Both the position numbers and the translations under genes were made by a program. Below the pieces are notes generated by a model, which saw only the letters and a program-made list of their open reading frames with translations, was not told the DNA's origin and ran no database searches. A DNA stretch of 64,000 nucleotides from Callorhinchus milii. Taxonomy: Eukaryota. How positions within the stretch are numbered: position 1 is the stretch's first letter; each line of letters opens with the position of its first letter. Shown one piece after another: positions 25,326 to 37,740 of the stretch. The stretch is taken from positions 95,668,001 to 95,732,000 of the forward strand of contig NW_024704742.1 in the NCBI RefSeq assembly GCF_018977255.1, given 5' to 3'.

Positions 25326-27467
25326 AACTAAGCTGTATGTCAATAAACCTCATAGCCGGACACCTTTCCTGGTGTCTTAAAAAATGACCCAGGTTTTGAT
25401 GGGCTCCTCCTAGGGTAATCCATTGGTGTTTGCCATCATTAAGCAATATCTTGTCTAACAAATTAAATATTGGAAGTGACTATCAGATATCCACCATAAA
25501 TTAATCACCAGAAACCAGCAAAGAGAATCCATTTTGGAATAGTAAGTAACCATGGGACCAGTAAAATGTTAAATTAATTCAATAACAAACCCTATCCCTG
25601 TTAAGTGAATAAGCTGTTTGCCCCGAAGTGTTAGTGATGTATTACGACTGTTTACTTTAATTATATGATGATGATGTCACTGTTCTGCCTCTTGTTCAAA
25701 ATTGGCATGAGATTTTATATTGTCTTGGTCACCAGAGCATCTTTTGGAGGAGTATCCAAATGTAATTGTGTATCTTATCTTTCTCAGGAAAATAAAGGTT
25801 TCAACACCAAGAGCAACATTAGAAATATTAGTAATGTTGCCTTTGTGGAGATGCGGCTTCCTGAGTTACACTTAACACCACCGCTGAACGCAAGCGTGAA
25901 CGTAATGAATTGTGACAATTATCAGTGATGCTCCCACAGTAATACAGCAACTCGCTGCTGAGTCTCCAGCCCTCTGCTCCTGGTCTTCTTATTTTGTTAT
26001 TACACGCTTGCAAAATTTTCTCAATAATAATAACAATCCTTGCATTTGATTTAATGCCTTATCACATCTTTGAGATGTCCCAAAGTGCTTCACAGAATAT
26101 ACTGTTAAGTGAATTGACTGTATATTTTGTGGTAGGAAAGGAAAAACAATTGTCTATTTTGATCAAAAACAAGCACAAGTAGGAAACCACAAAGGCATTT
26201 TGAAAATCCCGCCCAATGCTAAACATTTTCTTTATTTATGTCCCTCTGTATTACAAATAAGCCCTCTGGCTGCTTGTTAAAAATTAACGAACGTGCAGCC
26301 CCCAAAGCACAGCGGCCTATTTTACATGGGCTGTTTTCTTTCAGCTGAGAAGCTAACAACAACATCAATTTTTAAAGACTTGAAAGTGGTTTTCTATTTG
26401 GAATCAAACAAGACAAGCATCATTTTATTGTGTCTCTATGTCTGCTTTCTGAAGTGCACTGAACACACACACGTGCGCAAAAAAAAGAGATGCAGCAATG
26501 AGAATGAATAATTGCTAGACAGCCAGTCTGCAGGGAGATGCGAGACACTTTAAACCGCACATTTCATGAATAATGTTCAGAATCTTCAGGCTGAATTAGG
26601 AAGTCCTGCAATCAGTGCTTATTGAGTCAGAAATTTTACATTAGTGTATTCATCAGAGTGAATCCGTGTGGTACAGCCAGTCATCCCGAGGTAAACACAC
26701 CTGCTCCATCACTGAAACCCGCAGCACCCAGCCACCAATTTGTCATGTGGATCTCTGTCTCTGCTCTGCACCGCACAGGGCTGCACACAGCAGACTGGTT
26801 ATACGTGAGCATCCCTGACAGATACGACAGCCCTTGCTGAATTATTCACTAGTGTGTTAATGGCAGGTGATGAGATCTTTTCACGCTACATCCCACTCAG
26901 TAGGTGTTTATTACCCTGTTCAACAGCAGCCTGCTATTACTGTAGGGGAAAATAACTGTCTGCACAGGCTTGACAGGTAATGGGAGATGGTGCTTTAAAG
27001 ACTCCCATCGCCTGGGAGGTCGCCTGAAGGTTATTGTGAACAAATTATTTTTTCATTTTAGTTGATTGAGTAGATGGCCTTTAATGAACTGTCACCTAGC
27101 AATTGTACAGGCTGCTCTAAATTTAAAAATGTGGCATCCTGATTGGGTTGTAGCCTGAGTCTATTTATTACAAGGAATACTCTTGCACAGTACATTTGTA
27201 AAGCGTAGATAACAAAGATACAAGCAAACAGTAACTGATTCTAATTATGAATCGAGCTGGCTATCAATTTCTCTTCTGTTGGCTGGGACTAAGTGAGAAT
27301 ATATGATCAGTCATGAAATCTTGATGTTATAAACACAATTCATTGGTCTGGTTATGCTACTAAACTGTATTTAACATTTGTGCTCCCTCTCTCTGTTGCT
27401 TCTCTATTGTGTTTATCATCTTTATTTTTCTGATATTACTTTGGCTAATATCTTGTTATTAATATCT

Positions 27468-27668
27468 CTGCCTCGCCCCCTCCCTTGCCTCCTTCATATC
27501 CATCTCAAGACCCTGCTCTTCGACCATGCCTTTGTTCACTCTCCTTCCCCCTACTGCCCTTCCCGATCCCAACCCCCAGCTCAGATCTGAAACACTGATT
27601 GTCCTGCACCTTGGGACGTCCTCCCGATGTGAAAGGCGCTATACAAGCGTAATTTTGTTGTTGTTGTT
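27468..27668 (+). mobile_element. L2 3' terminal fragment with (GTT)n tail
   Basis: HLKTLLFDHAF codons followed by the L2 3'UTR and ccttgggacgtcctcccgatgtgaaaggcgctatacaag...ttgttgttg. Confidence 0.85.
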
Positions 27669-30600
27669 CTTTTCGAGCTCCGAATATGTTGTCCTACAAT
27701 CATTTTCCCCTCCAAGAATTGAAATCAAGCTCTCATTCCACTGTCTTGTACTTTTTTTTTCCCAGGGCCTCATGACTGTGGAATTGCTCGCCTCCCTCAA
27801 TCTTTCCTTATCCACTTTGGAAAGAGGTACTCGTCTCTTTTAGGGCTGAACTGGCTACAAGGTGATATGTCTGAAATGAAACATCAGAATCGAGTTAATC
27901 CACTGTGGCAGTCTCAGTAGTCTGGTTCCTGAGGCAGGCATGTCCACAATACTCGGAGACACTGTTGATGACAGACCAGGCAGTCCAACTAATCTGCAGT
28001 TCTTGAAAGAGCAGCACAGTCACTAGGGCAGGGATTCTTCCCTTTTGGCTCCTGTTAACAACTCTCTAGAGTCCAATCTCATCCCATGCTCAGAGTGAGT
28101 TAAATCTCTACAGACTCCAACCTCAGACCAGTGCTCTGAATAACAGCATGTCTTTCCAGAATCCATTCGCCTCTAGTGGTCAGACTAGTGCTGTGTGAGA
28201 TAGTTTCCATGTCTCTCCAGAGTCCATCTTCAACAAATCCCATTCAGACGTACTCAAATTACACCTCATAATACGTGCACAAAACCTCAAAGAGGTTGAA
28301 TGGAGTGGCCAGAGTTGAACCAGAGATGTTGGAGCAGGTTATGAAAAATCTGTTTCTTTTTATCAGTATCTCAGTATAATTTCTCTAAATCAAACAAACC
28401 AACAGGGTCACATTTCTGAGTTGCGAATTGCTGTCAGCTGTCCTCATCCCCATCCATACTCCCTGCGGATCCTTCCAAAGATTTGAAACAGGTATAAGCT
28501 ATTTTCAACCAAACTCCTCACGACTTTTGGTAAAAACCCATCAAGAGTTTTTATTCTCTTTTTTTTCTGCAAGCCTTGGGGAGAAGAGGAGCTATTCAGC
28601 TGAAATACATTACAGTCACAAAGAGTCTGCAAGAGACAGTTGCTGCGAATGTGTAATGTAACTGATTGTTACTCCATAGCATGTGTCAGGTCCACTCTGA
28701 AAATCTCAGAACAGATGTCTACTTAAAATTCGCAGCATGTGTATTTTCATTCATTAAAACCCCCACACAATGCTTTTCAGCAGACTGTCAGCTTCAGTAT
28801 TACTGTGTCCCGTTCAACAGTACACAACAGAAAAGATATTAGCCTGCATGTCCTTACCCCCTCAATACTGTATATCCTGCTACTTCTTCCTTTACTCTTT
28901 TCAATTTAAAGTCGCCAAGCTGAGAATAAAATCCAATTAAAACCAATCAACCTAACTTAAATTCTCTTTCCTGACTCCTGACCCTAGGGAAATATTACTC
29001 TCTGTCGCTTCTAGGATGTACCCATTGCTTATTAGCCATAGCTGTTCTACTTGAAGGGACAGCATTGCATACAGCACACTGTAATACAAAATCCACACAG
29101 CCTATTAAAATTCCACAAGGGAATTTTCCTCCTTTCAATTGTAATGGCCTTTAATGCTGAAATCGGGTGTTAAATCTGGTGAACATGGGATAAGTCACAA
29201 AAAGCCTTGGAGCAGTCCAGCGCTGCCTGAGGTTTGGAGATTGAAGGCTCCAATCACACAAAGGCACTCAGGCAGCACTAAATGGCCTCAGAACAAGCAG
29301 GTAGCAAGCTCCTTGGTGCACACAGAGAGGGGGTGTGAGTCTGCTGCGGGAATTTTGGATGCATCACCCTTGTTGATTTGTGACGCTCATCTCTGTCAGG
29401 AAATCTGTGGAAGAAGCACTCAGGGCTGGAAAAGGGAAAACTGTGAGATCAGTGATAAAGGCAAATTTAGAGCAGAGTAGTAATTGATAGGAGAGGTTAG
29501 AGGCTAGAGTGCAGATCACTGTAGTTAGGTTGGATGCTGGCAGGTCTTCAGTATGTGTTGGGTTTGAAAAGCCAATGGTTCACAAATTCAGCAGATGCAG
29601 ACTGTGAACGATGAGCCAGACGTCTAATGTTTCCTTGACTTGCAATGAGAATGACCTGGTTTGCCTCTGGCCTGTTGTAAATGATAGATATCAGAAGAAT
29701 TGCTCATTTCATCCTCATATAGAATAATAGAAAGTTATAGGACTGAAGAGGCAATTTGGCCTACAGTTTTTGTTCTGGCTCTCTTAAAAGCAGTTTATTC
29801 CTTTTTACATATTTATCTAGTTCCCTTTTGAAAGCTAACTCGGATTCTACCTCAACCATCACTCAAGGTATTTCATATGCTAACTGAGCTACATCCACAT
29901 CCTAACAGTCTGTGCAGTCTAAATTTGTAGTATTTTAAAATAAATTTCTTAATAAAAAATGTGAAACTGCTGAAAAACTGAATGCATTCTTGAGTGCAAT
30001 TTTAGAGATTTGATACTTACACATTTCTTGTTAAAATCTATTAAAATTAAACCCAAAATACAGTCATTAAGGAAATATAAAATTACATATTCTTTATGAA
30101 TCTCAAACTTTATCTGTGATTGTAAGTTATCACATAAAAAACAAACCTCACTTGCTTCCTAAATAAAAACATTATGTTAGGCTATTGAGGCAGAGATAGA
30201 CAGGAGGTTTGTAACTAAACATTCGTCTGACTGAATGGAAGGTATTGATCCCTACTTCAAAGGTCCCTTGCAGGATACAGAAAAAGATCTTGCATAAAAT
30301 GACAGGCTGGTATTAGTCATTTTTGCTTCCCTCTAATTGTTTTAGCCACAGGATGCTGATGTATTAAGCTTGTTTATGGCAATTGGGGCAATAGTAGGTT
30401 AACACCAAAATTATCCATTCTGATTTTGGTTGAATTGTTGCTGCAGGCAGCATGATTCTCTGCCTCTAATATCAGCTCTGCACAGCCCTGTGACTAACGT
30501 GGATTTTGTTCACATAGTTGGTGGCCTTTTAATTTTTTCTGCCTCCATGGCTTCTCTTTGTACACGATTATGTTACACTTCATAATGTTAGCAATTTCAC

Positions 30601-31964
30601 TGTGGATGATAAATTTCCTATAAACCTGAAGGAAGGCATCAGATATATCATCTGCATGGCTAAATTGCCAAAAACCATATTGCTGAAAAGAGATTAATCA
30701 TATCCTGATATCTGATCCAAATTAATATCTGCCTATTTATGACATATCAAGTAAGTCTGACAATAAGGCTGGGCAGGCACAATGAGGAGGTGAAACCTTC
30801 AATCATTATAATGGTGAAAAGATGGGCAATTATCTGGAGCAGGTAATGAGCTGATACAACTCGAGGTAGGATTTTTATTACTGTGTTGTATAAATGAGTG
30901 GCACGCTAACAAATGGCTCAAAGTGTGGTCTTGTAAAAATTAATGGTCTTTTGCAGCCAATATTACTATTTGTTTACTTGGCCTATAAATGCATTAAATG
31001 GATTATAATAATGTAAATACAGACGGAAGGATTATTACTGAATGGATTATATCATTATTGAATTACATTCTCAGTAGTTAAATGTTTTCTTTTTGAATTT
31101 TTTTATTTCCTCCACCTGTATAAAATGACAATCCCAGTCAATTCTATTGAGACATGTATTTTTGTGATTTTTTCGCATGTTTTAAAGCAGGTTTACATTG
31201 TATCATGTAATTATTTGCTATTTAAGCTTTGAGACATCTCAAGGACGTGATAAAGCACTATATCAAATGCAAGGATTATTATTATTATTTACAACAACAA
31301 AAGTAATGTCACACTCTTTCTATCTTTAAGTCCCACATTAAGACCTGCCTATGGTCACCTCCTCCTTCCCTCCACCCCTTTTCCCCTCTTCTTGCTCAGC
31401 ATGTGACCCTGGTAAAGAGCTCCAAAGCATTATCCTACACAAAGGATACTAAATAAATACAATTTTTTGTTACTATTTATATAATCCATTGAGCAGTAAT
31501 CTAAGTAAATGCAGGTCATACCATTCAGTTACCTGACATAAGTCACACTTCAAGCATTCTTAATATCTTGCATTATGTTACTGGCATCACAAAACCTGTT
31601 CAAAATCCTACACTTTCAGCGCCCTCAGATGATGCTCAAAGCAACAGAAGAAGCAAACAAACCAAGTAAAAGATTTGTCATTAAAACACCAAGGAATCAA
31701 TACACTGGAGCCATCATTTACTAAAATCGGACACTATAGGGATTATGCGGAGTCCTTTAGATCAGTGGTTAGAGCACTTGCCTTGCAAGCGAGAAACCTG
31801 GGTTCGATTCCCGGCAGGGCAAAATGTTAGGCAAGTTTCCTTACTCCCCATGCCTCTGTTTACCTAGCAATAAGTAGGAACCCAGTTGTTAGTCTGAAAA
31901 CAAAAACGGAAGTCGCTGAGAACACTCAGCAGGTCAGGCAGCATCTATGGAGAAAGGAAAGTGA

Positions 31965-31999
31965 GTCAACGTTTCAGGTCCACAACCCTTCATCAGAAC
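31965..31999 (-). ncRNA. Minimal type I hammerhead-ribozyme-like motif (mirror copy)
   Basis: Minus strand reads GTT-CTGATGA-AGGGTTGTGGACCT-GAAACGTT-GAC; GUU/GAC can form a 3-bp helix I. Confidence 0.55.
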
Positions 32000-32011
32000 G
32001 GTCACGATCAA

Positions 32012-32045
32012 TTCTGATGAAGGGTTGTGGACCCGAAACGTTGAC
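32012..32045 (+). ncRNA. Minimal type I hammerhead-ribozyme-like motif
   Basis: CTGATGA (32014-32020) - A - GGGT tgtgg ACCC stem - GAAACGTT (32035-32042); helix I pairing is weak in this copy. Confidence 0.55.
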
Positions 32046-32964
32046 TCACTTTCCTTTCTCCATAGATGCTGCCTGACCTGCTGAGTGTTCCCAGCGAATT
32101 CTGTTTTTGTTTTCAGATTTCCAGCATCCGCAGTATTTTGTGTTTTGTGACCAGTTGTTGTCGATTGGTGTATTGCTTTTTCGGGGGTAATAATTCCTTA
32201 AAAAAAAATAACAATAAATTGGTCACTTGAATTTCATGACTGTTTGTTTGCATTTCGCCTAGAGATATAAACAATCAATTCACCTTACACTATATTCTGT
32301 GAGGTGCTTTGAGACGTCTCGAAGACAGGATAAGGCACTATATCAAATGCAAGGATTATTATTATCCCTCATCAACCACAGGTCTAAAAGTTTTTACCCT
32401 TGGGTATGTGTTTGTGTTGCTAGGCTATTCAACACTGTGGGGTATCAGAGCTGTAAGGCTCCATCTTTTCCCAATCCACATACGCTTTCCAATGGGTGGG
32501 GGTGGAGGTGGGGGTTACTAGTCAATGATCAAGAGACTGGGTTAAGTATTCCCATTCCTTGCAATAGCAAAAAAATGCTATAGCACTTTTTACAATAAAT
32601 TGTCCAAGGTACTTCACAATTAATTGGTATAATTTTTTTCTTATATGAAAAACGGTTTGTGCTTAGCAAGGTCATGGGTTGAACAGCCATGAATTGAATA
32701 AACAATTTTAATTTGAAGAATTGTTGTCCAGGAAACCAGGACAAACCTTTGCTTTCACACCCACCTGAAGGACAGGCAGACTGAGCCTTTGACTAAAGTA
32801 TCATTGGAAGCACAGTACCTCTGACAATGCAGTTCTACTCTGAATATTACATTGGAGTGATAAATTAGACTACAATTATCAGCTCAATTCTTGACACAAA
32901 CTCACAATCTTCTGACTCAGAATCAAGAGTGCTACCAATTGAGCCAAACTGCCTCTGTGATGAT

Positions 32965-33100
32965 AAGGCCAATAGCAACAATCTCACTATAACTCCAGCT
33001 GAGATCAGCTAACAGAGTAGATCAGAGATCTGACCTGGGAGATCCTTGTTTTTCATGGGGCAGGTCCACACTAGGCAGTGTATCTGTTACTGAGTCATGA
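32965..33100 (-). mobile_element. AmnSINE2-like head fragment
   Basis: aggccaatagcaac...ccagctgagatcagctaac...cagagatctgacctgggagatcctt is the reverse complement of the head seen at 51735-51820 and 52335-52390. Confidence 0.45.
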
Positions 33101-34220
33101 TGGAAGGGAGTGCAAAATCAAATCAATTTTAATTATTCTTAACCAATATGCTCAAGTTACTTATTTCATTTTGCAAGATGGCGTAATCCACACTCTGTTC
33201 TGAAAACAAATTATTCAGAATTAATTTTGCTGCAAGAACAACAGGAGAACTTCACAACGAGGTAAAACATGCCAGTGCCAACCAAACTAGTTAGATCATT
33301 ACATAAATGGCTTAGATTTTATAAACCGCAAAACTCTGACTTCTAAAACATAAAGGAATAAAAGTGCCAGATCTAATTATTAACTCTGTTGCCTCAGTCT
33401 CAATCCTTGTTATTGGCAGTTTGCATACACTTGACGGAAATGGCTTGGAAAATAAAAAAAAGATGATATCAGTTTTATGGATAATAAGGCATTTCAAATT
33501 CAATAATTCTGGGAACTTTCAATGTGCTGTGTGGGCAAACTGCAACATTCATTCCTTTTTTTTCCTTTACAGTATTTTTGATGTGACGCTGATAGCACTG
33601 ACACCAGAAAGGAAGCCATACAGGGAATGAAGTGGTGCACATCACCGCCGTGTCCTAGAAAAATCTGTGTCTCGGAAAAGTATGGAATGTAATGATCATT
33701 AAGACACAGTTTATTGTTTTAATCTAATGTAAGGTTTTGAAACGGAATACGTTTTCATAATGCCTAGAGGCAAAAGCTAGATCCACACTTGAAATCTGAT
33801 GATAGTCACAAAGTCAATAGTGTACATCCATTTCTATTCTGTCTTATTAGTTAAAAAATGACTGTTCCTTTCCTCGGCAGTGATGGTGGTGGGGGGGGTG
33901 GGGGGGGCGGCTGGGAAGGAAGGGGGAATGGCACTTGGCTAAGGACTTTGTGCTGGAAGGCAGGCTGGATAACAAGTTGACTGTTGCAAAACCAGAAATA
34001 ATGGACATCCACAGCAGATCAATCAGCATTAGCTAAGAGAAGCTTGGAGAGCCAATGGAGCTGAGTGAGGATTGGGGTACTGAGCTCATGGGGCCTGGTG
34101 CAAAAAGGACACTGGCTCCAGAGTTCTGGATGGCCTGTAGAGAGTGGAGTTGGGGCGTCCATTGAGCAGAGTATTGAATAATTAGCCTGGCTCTCTCAAC
34201 TCTGAGTCAGAAGGGTTCAA

Positions 34221-34515
34221 TAATAATTATATTAATAATCCATGAATTTGATATAGTGCCTTATCACTTCATCGAGACGTCTCAAAGTGCTTCACAGGAT
34301 ATGACTGTGTATTTTGTGGGTGAAATGCAGCAGTCAATTGCACATAGCAATGTCTCACAAACAGCCATAGGATGAGTGACCAATTTTATTTTGGGGATTG
34401 TTGGCCAGGACACCAGGAGAAAATCACTTCTCTTTTTGAATAGTGCCTTGAGATCTTTAATTTCCACCTGAACACGCAGATGGAACCTTGGTTTAATGTA
34501 TCATCTGAAGGATGG
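34221..34515 (-). mobile_element. DeuSINE copy nested in an opposite-strand DeuSINE
   Basis: Tail, body and Deu-like ttgaatagtgccttgagatctttaatttccacctgaac. Confidence 0.85.
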
Positions 34516-34529
34516 GAGTTAGGATTAAA

Positions 34530-34872
34530 TGGGTTCCAAGTCCCGTTGTTTATACTGACACTCCAGTACATTGCATTGTTCAAGGTGTCTTTAGCTGAGA
34601 CATCTGCCTGTTCAGGTGGACATTAAAGATCCCATGGCGCTACTCTAAAAGAGAAGGGAGTTTCTCCCAGTGTCCTGGTAAACAAATAACAAATAAGCCC
34701 CCAAATAAAATTGCTAATTCACTCATAGGTTGTTTGTGGGACATTGCTGTCGCAAATTGGCTGCAAGTTTCGCCCACAAAATATGCAGTAACTCCACTTT
34801 GCATCTTCTGGGAAGTGCTTTCAGATGTCTATCTATGATAGGGTGCTATATCAAATGTAAGGATTATTATTA
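34530..34872 (+). mobile_element. DeuSINE (3' part; head remnant at about 34195-34220)
   Basis: ctgttcaggtggacattaaagatcccatggcgctactct...gggagtttctcccagtgtcctgg matches the recalled Deu domain; ends with an (ATT)n tail. Confidence 0.85.
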
Positions 34873-35584
34873 ATCACAGCAAATTGAGGGATAAATATGT
34901 GGTCTGTGACCTGTTCCTGTTAAATCTCAGAAACAGTACAGGACCAGGAACTGTCCATGACGTTCATCTGTGTGAAGAGTAAACTGTTCCATCCAGACAC
35001 GTTCTTTTAAAAGGAAGCCCTTTGATCTTACTCCCTTTGATGATTTCTCCCTCTTTTAAATGAGGAGAGATGGTACTAAAATGGAAGCACTTACTACAAA
35101 CATAACTTTTATATTACATCAAGTGGGTCTGAAGCGCTGCACTTCAGAAATATCCAAAAGAAGAGGAAGTTTCAGTTGCTCGAAGAATGGAGATTTGAAT
35201 TAAATAGCGAGTGCAGGGCATGCTTCACAGGGGCCCGCCGTAGGCTCATAATCAATCTTTGATTGAAAAGATGTCATGTTATGAAGAGTTCAAAACCTGA
35301 TTGCGGGCTGAGGATCAAAGAGGATACCTGTGCAGTGTTCAGGATGCGCATGAATTTTATAACGTTAAAAGGTGCTCAGGGTTTTCTTTTCTAAAATCTG
35401 TTACCATTTTCACTTTATTCAGGGCGTGTGACAGGCCAGGAATCTTCAGCTGGTGCTTGAATCATTACAGTGATAATAAAATTATACCCAGAAACAAGGT
35501 GATGTGGAGCAATTTAACCACAAAATCACAAGAAGAGCATGGATAAAGAAAGCCCTTCGACCCATTTGATTTCAATTTCATTTT

Positions 35585-35975
35585 TAGAAGAATGAGCTGC
35601 GAGCAACGATTAGACAAGCTGGAACTCTTCAGCCTTGAAAAGTGATGTCTCAGAGGCGATTTTATCGAGGTACATAAAATTTTAAGTAGGATTGAAAAAA
35701 TAAATCCAGATGAAAGTAAATCTGGTTGCAGCAAGGCAACAGAACAAGAGGATCTAGTTTTAGAGTTGTTAAGGATAATTTCAAGACAGATACCAGGAAT
35801 TACTTATTTACTCAGGGGTAATTAACAACAACAGATTAGCAAGAAGGGTGATTGAGGCTAGGACGATGGACTCATTTAAAAACAGCTTGATGCTCTAATA
35901 GGAATCCGATGATGTGGGTGTTCTGGAAGGAGATCAAATAGGCTTTCTTCTTCATCTGAACCTCTCTTGTGATCT
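35585..35975 (+). mobile_element. Old CR1 3' fragment
   Basis: MSCEQRLDKLELFSLEK*CLRGDFIEVHKIL matches the CR1 ORF2 end; followed by decayed 3'UTR. Confidence 0.8.
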
Positions 35976-36139
35976 AAAACTCTTGTTACAACAATCTATT
36001 ATAATAACAAGCTGTTTCTTAATTGAGTCCAGGAACCAAGCAACTAGCTGGACTCTACCAGCCTTCTCTGGTAACCTGCTCTGGCCTCTGAGTAAAGTCA
36101 CTGAGACGAGGAAGGTTTCAGGCTCAATCTTGAGTTTTT

Positions 36140-36435
36140 TGCCGAGGTGGTTGATTGCAGCAGTAAAAGTTCCAGTAATCCTGGGGTAGAAAGGGGCTGA
36201 GGGAAATTGTTGTAGTTTCCACTCTTGAATATTACTCAGCAGTTTGCATCCCTACTGGAGAATTATAAGTGTGGAGTAAGAACACATTAACTGTGATGCC
36301 CACAGTGGTTAAATAGTCTGACTGGACTCGAATATAAGTAATGGTTACTTGATGAAGTACTAGATGCTGGCCGTGCCCAGTCTGAGTTGATGACATCAGG
36401 AGAGAGGGGGAGTAAACGTAGAAGGAAGAAAAAGA
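36140..36435 (+). mobile_element. AmnSINE2-like ancient SINE relic
   Basis: ccctactggagaa...gtgtgga...ctgtgatgcccacagtggttaaatagtctg...tcaggagagagggga resembles the other relics and the recalled consensus. Confidence 0.45.
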
Positions 36436-37358
36436 ATATAAGAGTTGTGTGAACCAAATTCTCTCCTGCAAGTTCACTGCCTTTTGAAACTAACTTTACA
36501 ATATATAACGGAGATAAATGCCTTTTTTTCAATGCAAGGAAACTGTGCTCACTGGCAGATCAATCATATTATAAAAATTGATCGCATCCCAAAAGGGAAC
36601 ACAGTTATTGAAGATCCAGTGGCTGGGGATGGTACATCATTGATCACTGTACAAAATACTTCCTGAACCTGTTTTTAATCTTTTCACTAGGGCTTTACTG
36701 ATTAGTCTATAGCTAGTAGTGAATAATGGCTCAAGTTTTCTATTATCTGAATCAATACAGCATTTACCTTTTTATTACAAATGTGCTTTATTATTTTCCT
36801 GTGACCTTACGCAATATCACCTTCAAAGATATTTCAAAAATTCTACGTAAAACTAGTTTATAGTGATTTAATAGCACAAATGCTCTGCTCTGAATATTGC
36901 ACCGGATGTCCAATATGTAGAGTGCAAAATGCGATGTGTGATGGGATAATTACCACTCATCTCTACGTTATTGTCAATCCCATGGTTTGTTACTCGGTGC
37001 CTGGTGGAAGTCACATTCTTCTCCTGAGATGCAGCAAAATTCATTTTTATAAAATCTTTCCAATCCTGTCAAGCTCATTTATAGCATTAGCCACTAAAAG
37101 CTATAATAATGACATAGAAATAACAGACTTTTTCGAAAGCTCGGAGGTGACATTGATAATCTTTTTTTTAAATTGGATGATGCACAACTGTTTTACACAA
37201 AACGCTGAAGAATCTTGTGGGTGGGGAACAAGAATCAATATTCGGAAGATACAATCAGAACAATGACTCAGGTCTCTGACTATAAATGAAGTTCAGGAGC
37301 AAAGGCAGGAATTTAAGGCACTTTTATCAAAAGTTAGTGAATCTTCCCTGCCACAAAA

Positions 37359-37740
37359 TGTAGCTCAGTGGTTAGAGCACTCGCTTCACAAGTGAGAGGA
37401 CCTGGGTTCAATTGCCGGGCAGAGCAAAACGTTGGGCAAGTTTCTTTACTCCACGTGCCTCTGTTTACCTATCAGTAAGTAGGAATCCGGTTGATAGATG
37501 ATTGGCGTATCACTTTTCCGGTGGTAATAATCCCCTCAAAAATAAAATAATTAATAATAATAATAATTTGGTCACTCAATCCACGACTGGTTGTGGGACA
37601 CTGCTGTCTGCAATTGGTTACCTCCTTTCACCCATAATATTCACTTCAATTCACTTTACAGTGTATTCTGTGAAGGGCTTTGAGACGTCTCGAAACTTGA
37701 TAAGGCGCTATATCAAATGCAACGATTATTATTATTTATT
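37359..37740 (+). mobile_element. tRNA-Ala-derived SINE, long subfamily
   Basis: Head tgtagctcagtggttagagcactcgc, internal module 37461-37524, (ATT)n tail. Confidence 0.9.

Larger units (their letters stand above)
31893..32150. mobile_element. Penelope-like element terminal inverted repeat (palindromic insertion)
   Basis: Arms 31893-31998 and 32012-32117 are reverse complements (106 bp, 4 mismatches by hand) around a 13-nt loop; the right arm runs on for about 33 nt; flanked by ccagttgtt(a)gtc duplicated at 31882-31894 and 32151-32162. Confidence 0.75.
31749..32365 (+). mobile_element. tRNA-Ala-derived SINE, long subfamily, interrupted by a Penelope-like insertion
   Basis: Head ggagtcctttagatcagtggttagagcac, B box gggttcgattcc, module ctgtttacctagcaataagtaggaacccagttgtt; the body resumes at 32151; (ATT)n tail. 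Confidence 0.9.

Noticed and set aside
28168..28184. Second CTCF site (minus strand ctgaccactagaggcg)
   Set aside because: One base short of the AGRKGGC spacing of the core motif.
31893..32117. microRNA precursor or DNA-transposon MITE
   Set aside because: The stem is longer and more perfect than a typical pre-miRNA. The asymmetric right extension, long TSD-like flank and hammerhead-like cores fit a Penelope-like terminus better.
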